The position numbers and the translations under genes were made by a program. From assembly GCA_001774495.1 (NCBI GenBank), contig MFAE01000006.1, forward strand, positions 5,356 through 69,355: a stretch of DNA of 64,000 bases, written 5' to 3'. Of the stretch, positions 17,678 to 28,497 are shown piece by piece. The notes under the pieces were generated by a model, which had not been told where the DNA came from, did not search any database, and worked only from the letters and a program-made list of their open reading frames with translations. The stretch comes from Candidatus Campbellbacteria bacterium RIFOXYC2_FULL_35_25 (GTDB lineage: Bacteria > Patescibacteriota > Minisyncoccia > Phycocordibacterales > UBA12079). Each line of letters opens with the position of its first letter. Position 1 is the first letter of the stretch.

Positions 17678-17686
17678 ATATTATTT

Positions 17687-19864
17687 CTAAGGATTTCGAC
17701 CAGCCTTAATTTCACTTATGTAATACTCCCCTTGTTCCTTAAACTCGGGATTAGTTTCTATAATACCCTGGAGGACTTCAATGGACTTTGTTCTTTGTCC
17801 TGCCTCAAGATACGCAGCAGAAAGAGACATTTTTGTCTGAGTATCCTCTGGATTTTTTTCTACATATAATTCCAATATATCGATAACCTTTTTGCTTTGC
17901 CCAGTCTCATAATAAGCCTTTAACAATCTATCGTCAGCAACCAAAGTAGAACCATATTCAGGAACCAACAAATCTTCAACCAATTGGTCTTCTCCGGCGT
18001 AAACAGCGGTAGATGCATAAGCCAATCTTATTTCACTAAAACTTGTGTCTAACTCAAAAGCGGTTTTTAAAACTGAGAGGGCTTTTTCGTAATCTTTTTG
18101 AACAAGATGAATAGTTCCGATTGCAAGCAAGATGGATTGTTTATTTGGAGAAGACTCAAGAGCTTTCTCTAAATGAACAAGGGCTTCTTCATAAGAGCCA
18201 CTACTGGCAAGAAAATCTCCCATAATAACTTCTAAACGAGTATTTTCTGGATCGGCTTCTATTTGTTTTGTCATTTCACCGTAAACAAAATCAAAAACTT
18301 TTTGTTTAGTGGCATCATCTGACTGATCAGAAGTCATAACTGATTTCAACGATTGAGTTAATTGTTCTCTGATTTCTTGGTTAGCAAATGTGTCATAAGA
18401 AAGAGCCTTTTGGAAAAGTTCTATGTTTTTTGATAATCCCTCTGGATGATTAATGATAGATTGAAGTAAATTAGTGTTAGCCAAAATAGGTTTTGCATTA
18501 AAAAAGTAAATTGAAAACAAAGCCACTATTATTACAGCCGGCACTAAAACAAAATTTGTTGTGTCTTTAATTTTAAGACTTTCCGTCTTTTCCTTTCCAT
18601 TTAAACTATGTATGAAGCCCAGGATAGCAAAGAAGAAGATAAAGCTGATTAAGTTATCAAAGACGAAGAAATTATGGATAAAATACCCTACTAGTAAACC
18701 GATTATTACTGCTTTGTCAGCAACAGAAAAGTCAGAATTTTTATCCTTGATTAGGTAGTAAATGATCACCCAAAATAAAGCCAAGTAACTTAACAAACCA
18801 AGAATCCCTCCAGCAATTAACCAATCAAAGAACACATTGTGGGTTCTATCAAACCACTGCTCTTGATTGAACATTCTTGGATTGTAATTTTTATTGAAAA
18901 CATAATTAAAATTTTCTTGTCCCCAACCTAGCAAAGGTTTTTCTTTAAAGCCTTCCCACGCCATATTCCAAACCATAAAACGAGACTTTGTGGTTGTTTC
19001 TTGCAAAGAAATATCCGCAAATCTTTTTAAAACTGGGCTATTCTGAACAAAATTGCTCTCTTTAAAACCCAAAAATAAACCGATTAACAAAATGGTTCCG
19101 GCCAGGCCACCAAGGCATATTCTTTTAAGAATAATCTTTTCTTTTTCAAAAATAGCAACAAATAAAGCTGTTACAAACAGTCCTCCAACAAGACCGAGCA
19201 AGGCCCCTCTGGTCGCAGTATTGTAAAGAGTAATTACTTGCAAAATAATCACCAAACCATAAATCCATTTTACGAAACTTTGTTTTTTTACTTTCAATAA
19301 CAAAAACAGGGTTAGGAAAATATGAATAAGCATATAAATCGCCAAATAGGAGGAATTGCCAAAGGTTGCATCCAATCTTGTGCTTCCTTGATGAATTTCA
19401 AATTTACCCGCTAACTGCATAAAACCATAAAAACTCATCAAAATGCTGGCTCCAATAGATACATTAAAAAATCTGTACCAAATTTCTTTTTTCATTAAAG
19501 AACTAGTAACAACAAAAAAACCAAACAAGTGCAAGAGAGTAACCCACCCTTCCATCCTCTCAAAGTTACTCCAAATACTTTTTAATGGGTTAACGCCAAC
19601 GATATCAGCTAAACCGATAACTGCCACAAAAACAGCTGACAATACAAGGACTAAAGAATTTTTGGGTCTATATTTAGCATTCAACAAAGCCAGAATTGCC
19701 CACAAACCAACCATTATCTCGACAAGAATTCTAAATGTAAAAGCTTTTCCTGTGATAAAAGGAAAAAATGTATTATTAAAAACAATAAAAGGAATAAAAG
19801 GTACTAAAAAGATAGCCCCGTAAATTATATACCTAAGTATATTCTCGATTTCTTTTGAATTCAT
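17687..19864 (-). CDS. O-antigen ligase/polymerase-like (Wzy_C) membrane protein fused to C-terminal TPR repeats
   Basis: 725 aa. N-terminal polytopic membrane domain with a Wzy_C-like loop, C-terminal 250 aa of TPR-like repeats (...ALSYDTFANQ..., ...KALSVLKTAFELD...). Confidence 0.65.
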   Translation of the reverse strand: MNSKEIENILRYIIYGAIFLVPFIPFIVFNNTFFPFITGKAFTFRILVEIMVGLWAILALLNAKYRPKNSLVLVLSAVFVAVIGLADIVGVNPLKSIWSNFERMEGWVTLLHLFGFFVVTSSLMKKEIWYRFFNVSIGASILMSFYGFMQLAGKFEIHQGSTRLDATFGNSSYLAIYMLIHIFLTLFLLLKVKKQSFVKWIYGLVIILQVITLYNTATRGALLGLVGGLFVTALFVAIFEKEKIILKRICLGGLAGTILLIGLFLGFKESNFVQNSPVLKRFADISLQETTTKSRFMVWNMAWEGFKEKPLLGWGQENFNYVFNKNYNPRMFNQEQWFDRTHNVFFDWLIAGGILGLLSYLALFWVIIYYLIKDKNSDFSVADKAVIIGLLVGYFIHNFFVFDNLISFIFFFAILGFIHSLNGKEKTESLKIKDTTNFVLVPAVIIVALFSIYFFNAKPILANTNLLQSIINHPEGLSKNIELFQKALSYDTFANQEIREQLTQSLKSVMTSDQSDDATKQKVFDFVYGEMTKQIEADPENTRLEVIMGDFLASSGSYEEALVHLEKALESSPNKQSILLAIGTIHLVQKDYEKALSVLKTAFELDTSFSEIRLAYASTAVYAGEDQLVEDLLVPEYGSTLVADDRLLKAYYETGQSKKVIDILELYVEKNPEDTQTKMSLSAAYLEAGQRTKSIEVLQGIIETNPEFKEQGEYYISEIKAGRNP

Positions 19865-20004
19865 CGCATTAGAAATAATTAGTTTTTAACAGTCACAAAA
19901 CCCGTCAAATTAAAAAATTTCTAACGGGGTTCATATAAAGATAATCATATCATATAATAATTAGCAGAACAAAAAAACAAATGATATTATAAAATATAAC
20001 TTAA

Positions 20005-21273
20005 ATGAAACAGCTAATAGAAAAATCAAAAGATAAAACATACAAATTTCTCCGCTGGACCGAAAAATGGACTAAAACTGATATGGTTTACCTCGCTAAA
20101 GGAGGCTTTTGGCTTACTTCGAGTCAGATGATAACCTCTATTCTTGGGCTTATTCTGACAATAATTCTTGCAAATAAATTACCAAAAGAAGTATACGGGA
20201 CATATAAATATGTTCTATCGTTTTTAGGCATCATTGCTCTCCCTTCAATATCAGGGATGGGTTCAGCCATCGCTCAGTCAGTAGCGAAAGGAAAGGAGGG
20301 TTCTTTCATACCGGCAATAAAAACAAAAATAAAATGGGGAACATTAAGCACAGTACTAAGTTTCATCTTCGCAATATACTATTACACCAACGATAATTAC
20401 ATACTTGCCTCTTCCTTTGCTTTATTAGGAATCTTTACCCCCTTCATGGAATCATTTGGATTATATTCAAATTTCCTACACGGGAAAAAAATGTTTGGAA
20501 ATATGAGTAGATATGATGTTTATTCATATTTAATTTCTGTCAGTATAGTTGGAATCACAACTTTTTTTTCCAATAGCGTATTAATTCTGCTCATGTCCTA
20601 TTTTGGATCGTGGACATTAGTCAGATTTATCTTTCTGCAAATAACAATAAAAAAATTCCAACCAAACAAAGAAAAAGATGAAAAAATGGTAAATTATGGG
20701 TGGCATCTAAGCGGAATGCGTGTCGTAGATACAATCTCTTCAAGCTTAGATAAAATTCTCTTATGGCATTTTCTAGGCCCAATACAGGTAGCCACTTATA
20801 GTTTAGCCATCTCGATTCCAACCCATCTCATCGACTTCACAAAGATATTTAACCGCCTAGCATTCCCAAAATTGGCTGAGCAGGAAGAAAGTTCTTTAAA
20901 AAAAATCCTGTTCCCTAAAATACTTAAATTATTTCTGATCACATTAGTATCTTTTATCTTATATATATTAATTGCTCCACTACTATATAAAATTTTCTTC
21001 CCACAATACAAGGAAGCTATTTTCTATTCCCAAATATTTGGAATAGCCATATTAACCCAACCACTAACCCTCATTGCCACTTCATTTACCGCTCAAGCAA
21101 AAACAAAAAAATTATACTGGGTCAATACATTATCTCCTATCTTCTATATAATATTATGTTTGTTGTTAATCCCAACACTAGGTATAATAGGAGCAATTAT
21201 GGCATTTTTAGGCTTAAAAATATTTAAATCGGTTTTATTAATTTATTTTTTTGTAAAAACTAGTGAAAAATAA
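20005..21273 (+). CDS. Wzx-like oligosaccharide flippase (polysaccharide biosynthesis protein, MOP superfamily)
   Basis: 422 aa, 12 TM helices, Wzx-type N-terminus (DMVYLAKGGFWLTSSQ). Confidence 0.6.
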   Translation: MKQLIEKSKDKTYKFLRWTEKWTKTDMVYLAKGGFWLTSSQMITSILGLILTIILANKLPKEVYGTYKYVLSFLGIIALPSISGMGSAIAQSVAKGKEGSFIPAIKTKIKWGTLSTVLSFIFAIYYYTNDNYILASSFALLGIFTPFMESFGLYSNFLHGKKMFGNMSRYDVYSYLISVSIVGITTFFSNSVLILLMSYFGSWTLVRFIFLQITIKKFQPNKEKDEKMVNYGWHLSGMRVVDTISSSLDKILLWHFLGPIQVATYSLAISIPTHLIDFTKIFNRLAFPKLAEQEESSLKKILFPKILKLFLITLVSFILYILIAPLLYKIFFPQYKEAIFYSQIFGIAILTQPLTLIATSFTAQAKTKKLYWVNTLSPIFYIILCLLLIPTLGIIGAIMAFLGLKIFKSVLLIYFFVKTSEK

Positions 21274-22141
21274 AAATTTTAAAATAGACTTTCTGGGAGT
21301 AGGAACAATAAGGGGGGGAACAACATGGGTACATGAATGCTTAAAAGAGCACCCACAAGTCTGTGTTCCCACACCAAAAGAAACACATTTTTTTAACGAT
21401 TCATATAAATACCAAAAGGGGTTAACTTATTATTCTTCATTTTTTAAGTCCAAAAAATGTAAAGTGAGGGGAGAAATAAATCCCGGCTACTTAAACAACC
21501 CAATGATAGCTGAAAAAATAAAGAAAAATTTTCCAAATATAAAAATATTAATATTTCTTAGAAATCCAATCGAAAGAGCTTGGTCTCATTTTTTAAAACA
21601 CAAAAACAAGGGGTGCAATCAAATAGAAAAATTCGAAGAAATATTAAAAAAAGAAAATATTTACATAAATACTGGTTTTTATTACAAAAATATAAAAAAA
21701 TATATCGAATTATTTGGGAAAGAAAAAGTATTAATACTAATTTACGAAGACCTAGAAAAAAATCCTGAGAAATTTATTGAAAGTATTTATTCTTTTATAG
21801 GAGTTGATAAAACTTTTAAACCGAAGGTACTGAGTAGAAAAGTAAATTATTTAGGTTATAGTAATGCTTATCTCCCAAAATTAAATAAAATACTAATCAG
21901 GCCATCTAAATTGCTGCCTAAAAAATTATTAAAACTTCTTAAAAAAAGTCGTCTTATTGAAAAAATTTTCTTAAACATAAGAAAAATTATGTTTAGATTA
22001 AACACCTCAAAAAACCATCCTTACAACAAAAAAACGGAAGAAATTCCTTCAAAACTAAGAAAAGAAATGAAAGAAATATACAAGGAAGATATCCAAAATA
22101 TAGAAAAATTAATGAAAAGAAATCTAAATTTTTGGAAATAA
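21263..22141 (+). CDS. sulfotransferase-family protein (PAPS-dependent carbohydrate sulfotransferase-like)
   Basis: 292 aa. 5'-PSB-like motif LGVGTIRGGTTW near the N-terminus and a 3'-PB-like region (RNPIERAWSHF). Overlaps the flippase gene by 11 nt, suggesting an operon. Confidence 0.6.
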   Translation: MKNKNFKIDFLGVGTIRGGTTWVHECLKEHPQVCVPTPKETHFFNDSYKYQKGLTYYSSFFKSKKCKVRGEINPGYLNNPMIAEKIKKNFPNIKILIFLRNPIERAWSHFLKHKNKGCNQIEKFEEILKKENIYINTGFYYKNIKKYIELFGKEKVLILIYEDLEKNPEKFIESIYSFIGVDKTFKPKVLSRKVNYLGYSNAYLPKLNKILIRPSKLLPKKLLKLLKKSRLIEKIFLNIRKIMFRLNTSKNHPYNKKTEEIPSKLRKEMKEIYKEDIQNIEKLMKRNLNFWK

Positions 22142-22144
22142 AAC

Positions 22145-23062
22145 TTACTCCTTTTCAGCAATAAACCAGATATAATTTACTCGACCAGTTAAAACAACTA
22201 GCCTACTTAAGCTAACGCCTACTATTTTTTTAATAAAACTATTTTTTGCGTATCTTCTTTTTGATTGATTATTCTCATCAAAAACTACTTTGGATGAAAT
22301 ACTTTCTTGTTTCTTTTTATCTAAAAGGCCTAACCTAAAAAGGGACTCTCTAATAGGTAAATTATTTTGATTAAAATCCCTTTTTCCTGTGGCAACTATT
22401 TTAAAACCTCCCTTTTTTAAGAGTTCCCTCAATGTATTTTTATTAAAATAATAAAGGTGTTCTTTATAAATTAACTTATTTTTATAATTAGATTTTTTTA
22501 TAGAATATGAATTAATATCAGGAGTTTCTATAATTAAACGACCTTCTTTTGGCAAAGAATCAAACACTTCTTTGATTGCTGCCAGAGGATCATTGAGATG
22601 TTCGATTAAATGGAACATTGTTACTACTTTTATATTATTTCTGGAAACAATTTCTTTTAAACCATCTTCAATAGTTTTTTGGTAAACAATTAAGTTATTT
22701 TTTGTATAAAATTCAGACGCTTCACTATTTGGCTCTATCCCTATAATATTTTCATACTCAGCATCAGACAGTGTTTTTAAAAATAATCCCCGGCCAGTAC
22801 CGATATCGCATAAATTTTTCAAATCAACATATTTTGAAAAAAGATTAACCCTATCCTTCATATCCAAGATTTTGGCATGAATTTTTTCATCATTCAGGTC
22901 AATTTTTTTTATACCTTGATTTTCATAATGTTTTATATCAACATCAAAATTTGCTCTCCAAACCAAACCGCATTCCAAGCACTCCCTCATCAAGAGATTG
23001 CTCATCAATTTTTCTGTCGAATCTTTATGGCACAAAATACACTTTTGAGGGGAAGTTTTCAT
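22145..23062 (-). CDS. class I SAM-dependent methyltransferase with N-terminal zinc ribbon
   Basis: CxxC...CxxC (CILCHK...CLECGLVW) followed by a Methyltransf_11/23 fold (DIGTGRGLF). Confidence 0.6.
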   Translation of the reverse strand: MKTSPQKCILCHKDSTEKLMSNLLMRECLECGLVWRANFDVDIKHYENQGIKKIDLNDEKIHAKILDMKDRVNLFSKYVDLKNLCDIGTGRGLFLKTLSDAEYENIIGIEPNSEASEFYTKNNLIVYQKTIEDGLKEIVSRNNIKVVTMFHLIEHLNDPLAAIKEVFDSLPKEGRLIIETPDINSYSIKKSNYKNKLIYKEHLYYFNKNTLRELLKKGGFKIVATGKRDFNQNNLPIRESLFRLGLLDKKKQESISSKVVFDENNQSKRRYAKNSFIKKIVGVSLSRLVVLTGRVNYIWFIAEKE

Positions 23063-23065
23063 TTT

Positions 23066-24040
23066 TTATTTTTCTAAAGAAAAAAGTACATCACCTTTTG
23101 ACATTTTTTGATGAATATCAAGTTTCGACTTAACTCCATTAACATCCAAACGATAAATAGTATAGCCTAGAGAGTTCATAAACTTAAAAACATCAAGTCT
23201 CGTTTCGTTGTTATTGACTTCACAAACAATATTTAATATTTTTTTTCTTTTCAATAAATTTTCCATACCTTTCAGCGCGTCAAGTTCATATCCCTCGATA
23301 TCTATTTTCATAAAATCAACTCTGTCTATATTGTTTTCAACGGCAAAATCATCTATCTTTAGTACATCAATCTTTTGTAATAGTTTTTTGTCATTAAATT
23401 TATCTTTATCAAATTTGAGATCTCCAAATTTATAAAACTTAAATTCAATAAAACTATGCCCCCCATTATTCAAGGGGTGCAGATATAGAGTTAACTTCTC
23501 GTTTTTGTTTCCTACTCCTTTATTTATGGCGAAAATATTTAAAAAAATATTTTCGTTTACATTTTTAACTAAAAAATTGAAATTGTTTTTTTCTGGTTCA
23601 AAAGCGAAAATTTTTCCCTCCTTCCCGACCAATGGCGACAATAGTATCGAAAAATATCCAACATTAGACCCAATGTCAAAAAAAGTATCTCCTTTTTTAA
23701 TGTTGTTTAAAAAAAAATTAGAAATATTAATTTCATAAAGTTTGTGAGAATAAATGTTCCTCTGATTCACTCTTGATAAATCAACATCAATCACCCCTCC
23801 TGTTTTTAATCTCTTTTTAACCCAATTTTCTTCGTAATCATCTCGAAACATTACGCACATCATTTGCTTCAAAAATTCATAAAACCAAAAATAATATCTT
23901 CCTCCTAATTTAAAAGATATATTGCAGAAAAAAACTACTACTTTTCTTTTTTTGTTTTTATCCAAAAAAGAGAAGAGGAACCCTAAGCAACCTCCCGCTA
24001 TTTGAATTATTCTTTTTAAAAAATTTTTCACTCTTTTCAT
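23066..24040 (-). CDS. FkbM-family methyltransferase
   Basis: FFDIGSNVGYFSILL...IFAFEPEKNNF motif typical of Methyltransf_21 (FkbM). Confidence 0.7.
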   Translation of the reverse strand: MKRVKNFLKRIIQIAGGCLGFLFSFLDKNKKRKVVVFFCNISFKLGGRYYFWFYEFLKQMMCVMFRDDYEENWVKKRLKTGGVIDVDLSRVNQRNIYSHKLYEINISNFFLNNIKKGDTFFDIGSNVGYFSILLSPLVGKEGKIFAFEPEKNNFNFLVKNVNENIFLNIFAINKGVGNKNEKLTLYLHPLNNGGHSFIEFKFYKFGDLKFDKDKFNDKKLLQKIDVLKIDDFAVENNIDRVDFMKIDIEGYELDALKGMENLLKRKKILNIVCEVNNNETRLDVFKFMNSLGYTIYRLDVNGVKSKLDIHQKMSKGDVLFSLEK

Positions 24041-25179
24041 TTTTTACTTACTAAGAATCTAAACAAATTATCAAATTCTTTAATAACCATACTAACACTA
24101 ATTTCGTTCGTTTGCCTCAAAGCCTCTTTCTTATCATAAGCCCTAGCATTCATCACATATAATTCTGGTTTCTCTCGATTGTCGATACAAACAACCCTGT
24201 GGATATCACTAATAGGAGGCTGTTCTCTTTCATCAATTGGACCAGTGATATCTATTGTAGCTACCCCGAAAGCTTCAGCAATATAAATTGGGCCAGTATC
24301 CACGCTAATAAAAATATTCATTTTTGAAATTAAAACTTTTAATTCATCTATATTAAACGCATCTAGTGTATTAAAAATTTGAGTATCTTTACTTAAGAAA
24401 CTAATCATTTCTTTTACCTCAACTTCATCCCTCTTCCCTCCAATAACAATGATTTTAGCATCATATTTTTTATAAATATAATCAGCCAATTCGGCGAACT
24501 TATCTGCCCCCCATTTTTTTATTTTATTTCCAGCAGAAGGAGATATTCCGATAACCAAATCATTTTTATTTATATTATTATTTCCAAAATAATTATTTAC
24601 TTTTTTATTTGCTTCATCAGAAAAATATAAATATTTTTTAGTATCAGTAACGAAAATATCAATAGGCTCTAATAGTTTTAAATACTCTCTGGGGGCATAA
24701 CTTCCCATTTTATGAGACATTGTAATAACCAGTTTTCTTAAAATTTTATATTCCCATACTTCATAAGGGGAATATCCGTTTTCTATAAAAGGAACAACTA
24801 TTGTTTTAACATTAGCTAAATATAAAATAGCCAAACTAACAAAATCAGGAGCTGTCACACAAGCAAAATCTACATTTTCTTTTTTTACTTCTTTAACAAC
24901 TCTTAAAAAATTATTGAATACAATATACTTGTTTACATCGCTGTTCCCTTCTAGAATATCCTTATTAATTTTATTCCCTACTACGATTACTTCACAATCT
25001 GGGTATTTCCCCTTCACCGCCCTAAACATTGGGGTGGTGCAAACCATATCCCCCAATTTAGCCATCTGAACAACTAAAACTTTTCTAGATTTATCTACTT
25101 TTTTATTCGCCTTACCTTTGTAGATAGAAAAAAATAAACAGAACAAAAGTAATATTATTTTTTTTATTTTAAAAATCAT
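24037..25179 (-). CDS. glycosyltransferase family 9 (heptosyltransferase-like)
   Basis: KVLVVQMAKLGDMVCTTPMFRAVK N-terminal GT9 motif, two-domain GT-B. Confidence 0.7.
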   Translation of the reverse strand: MIFKIKKIILLLFCLFFSIYKGKANKKVDKSRKVLVVQMAKLGDMVCTTPMFRAVKGKYPDCEVIVVGNKINKDILEGNSDVNKYIVFNNFLRVVKEVKKENVDFACVTAPDFVSLAILYLANVKTIVVPFIENGYSPYEVWEYKILRKLVITMSHKMGSYAPREYLKLLEPIDIFVTDTKKYLYFSDEANKKVNNYFGNNNINKNDLVIGISPSAGNKIKKWGADKFAELADYIYKKYDAKIIVIGGKRDEVEVKEMISFLSKDTQIFNTLDAFNIDELKVLISKMNIFISVDTGPIYIAEAFGVATIDITGPIDEREQPPISDIHRVVCIDNREKPELYVMNARAYDKKEALRQTNEISVSMVIKEFDNLFRFLVSKK

Positions 25180-25181
25180 TT

Positions 25182-26258
25182 TTATTTTATAAAATCAATC
25201 ACCTGCTCAGATCTTTCCCTCCATGTATAATTTTGAACATCAAAAAAAGATTGCTCTGATATTTTAACACCTAACTCATTATTATTTAAAATTCGACTAA
25301 TACCCTCAGCCAATTTTTTTGAATTATCAGGCTCAACCAAGACTGCATTACCTTCATTAAGAATCTCTCTGATAGACGGCAAATCTGATGCTACAATAGG
25401 AGTTTTTCCTGCCATATATTCAAACATCTTTAAAGGAGACGTGTAGTACTTAGAAATATCCTCTTTGGCTGTGTTGGGCAACACAACAACATCGGCTGAT
25501 TTTATCCAAAATGGCATTTCTTCATGTGGGCGGGAACCTACTAATAAAATATTCTTATATCTTATATTTTTATTTTTAAAATCCTCGACATGATGTTCTT
25601 TTCCTCCCACAAAAACTATCATGGAATTATCGCTCAGGTATTGGGACGATTCAGCCAAAGTTTGAACACCCTTCCATTCGTACAAGAGGCCAATATAAAC
25701 AATGATTTTTTTACCCAACGGTAAATTGAGTTTTTTTCTAGCCTCCTCTTTAGAAATTTCAATATCAAATTTTTTAATATTTACTCCGTCAGGGGAAACA
25801 AAAACATTATTTGTGTTCTGTATGACTTCAGCGAATTTACTTTTTATATATTTTGTTAAAACAATGACTTTATCACTCTTTTCTAAAATATATTTATACC
25901 AAAATGATTTTTTAGAATTGAAATCATGCGCCTCGTAGATAAACTTTAATGGCAACCTAAAAAATAATTTATTATAAAAAATAAGAAAAAATAAAAGCTT
26001 TTCTTCTCGACAATAGATATGAGTAAATTTGTTTTTTTTAATAAAAAATAGATATTTCAAGGACAACAAAAAACTTCGCGAAGATCCTTCTATATTTTTA
26101 ATATTCAAACGAGAGTCTTCTTTTATTTTTATATCTTTTCCGCCTAAAACAAAATTTTCTTTTAAAATACTTTGAAATTCCTGAGACATCTGAATAATTT
26201 GCAGTCTATTCGTCTGGTATGAGGGGAAACTTATTGATGTAGCATATAATAATTTCAT
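25182..26258 (-). CDS. glycosyltransferase family 4 (GT-B)
   Basis: C-terminal Glycos_transf_1-like region (E..G..PIVASD...I). Confidence 0.65.
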   Translation of the reverse strand: MKLLYATSISFPSYQTNRLQIIQMSQEFQSILKENFVLGGKDIKIKEDSRLNIKNIEGSSRSFLLSLKYLFFIKKNKFTHIYCREEKLLFFLIFYNKLFFRLPLKFIYEAHDFNSKKSFWYKYILEKSDKVIVLTKYIKSKFAEVIQNTNNVFVSPDGVNIKKFDIEISKEEARKKLNLPLGKKIIVYIGLLYEWKGVQTLAESSQYLSDNSMIVFVGGKEHHVEDFKNKNIRYKNILLVGSRPHEEMPFWIKSADVVVLPNTAKEDISKYYTSPLKMFEYMAGKTPIVASDLPSIREILNEGNAVLVEPDNSKKLAEGISRILNNNELGVKISEQSFFDVQNYTWRERSEQVIDFIK

Positions 26259-26261
26259 TGT

Positions 26262-27431
26262 TTATTCTAAATCTAATGCTTTTAAATATTGATTTAATAT
26301 TTTTTTTGAATCAAAATCTTCTCCCCTCATTAAACTAAGTCCTGAATATTTTTCTCTCAAACCCTTATCACTTAATAATTTTTGTACCGCTTCTGAAGTT
26401 TCTTTTACCCCGCCCATAGGAACTAGTATTCCATATTTTCCGTATTCGATACCTTCATCCATACGATACAATAGGTCTGTATCCGGAGCAATCATTTCTC
26501 TAGGCCCCGAACTGCAATCTGTGGCTACAACAGGAACCCCACAAACCATTGCTTCCTGAAGTGAATTAGAAAAACCCTCCCAAATTGAGGTAGTAACAAA
26601 GACATCAGCCTTTGTCATAAAAGAATACGAATTTTCAGAAAAACCAAAAAAATCAACATCTTCTCTTACCCCTAATTCTTTGGCAAGCTCTTCCATTTTC
26701 TTTTGTTCACGACCGATACCAACAAATAAAATACGGGATGGTACATTTTTTCGAACTTCTTTAAAAGCCTTCATTAAAGTGGGAATGTCTTTTTGCACCC
26801 TCAACCTACCGACAAATAAAATTACTGGTAAATCTTTATTATCCAACCAAATATGCCCCGTTTTTTCCTTTCCCATTCTCTTTATCTCCTCAACTGATTT
26901 TGGGTTATGAATTACTTTTATTTTATCTTTTGGGATTTTAAAAACTTTTGAAATATCATCGGCCACCCCAAAAGAATTTGCTATAAAAATATCAGAATAC
27001 TTATATATCCTTTTTGTTATAAAAGGAATTAAAAAACCTTGTTTGAAACCTTTGTATTGAGAAAATAATATTGAGAACATATTTCCCATTCGAAAAACTA
27101 CTTTTGTTTCGACTCTTGCTATCTTTTTTGAAACTAGTGAAATAATATGGGTAAACTCATCAGTAGCGATTAAAATATCTGGTTTATTTTTTTTAAGATA
27201 AGAAATCATCTTAGGAATGCTAAAAATTATTCTCCCAACATTTAAATCAATAATGTTTATCCCCTCCTTAACTTGTTCTTTATATTGCCCAACTGGTTTT
27301 ATAACTGGCATATCAACCTTAAACCCTAAATCGGCGAAACCATTGGCCAAATTAACCAGATTTCTCTCGCCCCCTCCGGCTCGAAATGACGACAGAAATA
27401 TTGCTATTTTTTTATTTTTTTTATCTTCCAT
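26262..27431 (-). CDS. glycosyltransferase family 4 (GT-B)
   Basis: GT4 N-domain (KIAIFLSSFRAGGGERN) and C-domain EGFSNSLQEAMVCGVPVVATD. Confidence 0.75.
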   Translation of the reverse strand: MEDKKNKKIAIFLSSFRAGGGERNLVNLANGFADLGFKVDMPVIKPVGQYKEQVKEGINIIDLNVGRIIFSIPKMISYLKKNKPDILIATDEFTHIISLVSKKIARVETKVVFRMGNMFSILFSQYKGFKQGFLIPFITKRIYKYSDIFIANSFGVADDISKVFKIPKDKIKVIHNPKSVEEIKRMGKEKTGHIWLDNKDLPVILFVGRLRVQKDIPTLMKAFKEVRKNVPSRILFVGIGREQKKMEELAKELGVREDVDFFGFSENSYSFMTKADVFVTTSIWEGFSNSLQEAMVCGVPVVATDCSSGPREMIAPDTDLLYRMDEGIEYGKYGILVPMGGVKETSEAVQKLLSDKGLREKYSGLSLMRGEDFDSKKILNQYLKALDLE

Positions 27432-27435
27432 CTTT

Positions 27436-28497
27436 TTATAATTCTTTTTTTATATAATCAAAGATTATCTCTTTGGGGACAATCTCAAAGCACTTATTTT
27501 CTCCTCTATTATTTTTAACAATATGATCTAATCCTGAATAAATGCCATCTTCGGATTCTCTTAATTTATATAGTATCGTTGCATTTTTATTATAGTAAGG
27601 CAACCAGTTTAAAGTTCCATTATTAGCGATAACCAAAGATTTTTTGTTTATGAAAGAAGCAAGGTGGGTTACCCCTGTATCAACACCAATAAAACAGATT
27701 GAGTTATTGATGAGATTAAGAAGGCAATTAGGATTTAACCCGCTGACAATTTTAACTCTTGAATCTTTTAAAAAATAATTTTCGATCTCCCTCGTGTAAT
27801 CTTTGTCTGAATTTCCTGCAGTTAACAGTATCTCAGTATTTTCATCTAAATCTAAAATATTTTCCAAAACCCAAATGATGTCTTTATTATTTATACTTCT
27901 TTTTCTAACAGAGCCAAATGGATGAAACACTAAATATTTCTTATCTTTGACACCAAATTTTTCTAGACAATCCAAATTGGGTAAATACCGAAGACTAGGA
28001 ACATTTTTTTTTAAACTAAATCCAATCTCCTGCAATAAATTCTTCATTACATCCAAATAAAAAATCGTTGTGTCGAATTTAAAAAATTTATCATAAAAAA
28101 AATTAAATTTACTTAAATCTTTAAACCCAACCAAAAAACTTCTTGGCATCAAAGAAATAATTCTGGCTAAAATTTTCACCCTAAGCGGAATTGAACCAGC
28201 GGTAGGAGGAACGACAACGTAGTTAGAGTCAAATAAAAACTTTACTAAAGGGACACCTAAATTACTTTTATTTGCCTCAACAACATTAAGATAATTATAA
28301 GAAATAATCATTTCTTTAAAAAAAGACTTATTTCTAGGAACAACTATATATAAATTAAGTTTGGGATTAGAAAGATGGACATTTTCCATAAAAAAAATAG
28401 TCATAAGAAAATCACCAATTGATCCGTTTTGAAAAAAAAATAAATTTTTTATAGACTGAAAATTATTCATGGTGGATCTTCTTGTTTTTGGCCTCAA
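27436..28497 (-). CDS. glycosyltransferase family 9 (heptosyltransferase-like)
   Basis: FQNGSIGDFLMT N-terminal GT9 motif, GT-B fold. Confidence 0.6.
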   Translation of the reverse strand: MRPKTRRSTMNNFQSIKNLFFFQNGSIGDFLMTIFFMENVHLSNPKLNLYIVVPRNKSFFKEMIISYNYLNVVEANKSNLGVPLVKFLFDSNYVVVPPTAGSIPLRVKILARIISLMPRSFLVGFKDLSKFNFFYDKFFKFDTTIFYLDVMKNLLQEIGFSLKKNVPSLRYLPNLDCLEKFGVKDKKYLVFHPFGSVRKRSINNKDIIWVLENILDLDENTEILLTAGNSDKDYTREIENYFLKDSRVKIVSGLNPNCLLNLINNSICFIGVDTGVTHLASFINKKSLVIANNGTLNWLPYYNKNATILYKLRESEDGIYSGLDHIVKNNRGENKCFEIVPKEIIFDYIKKEL

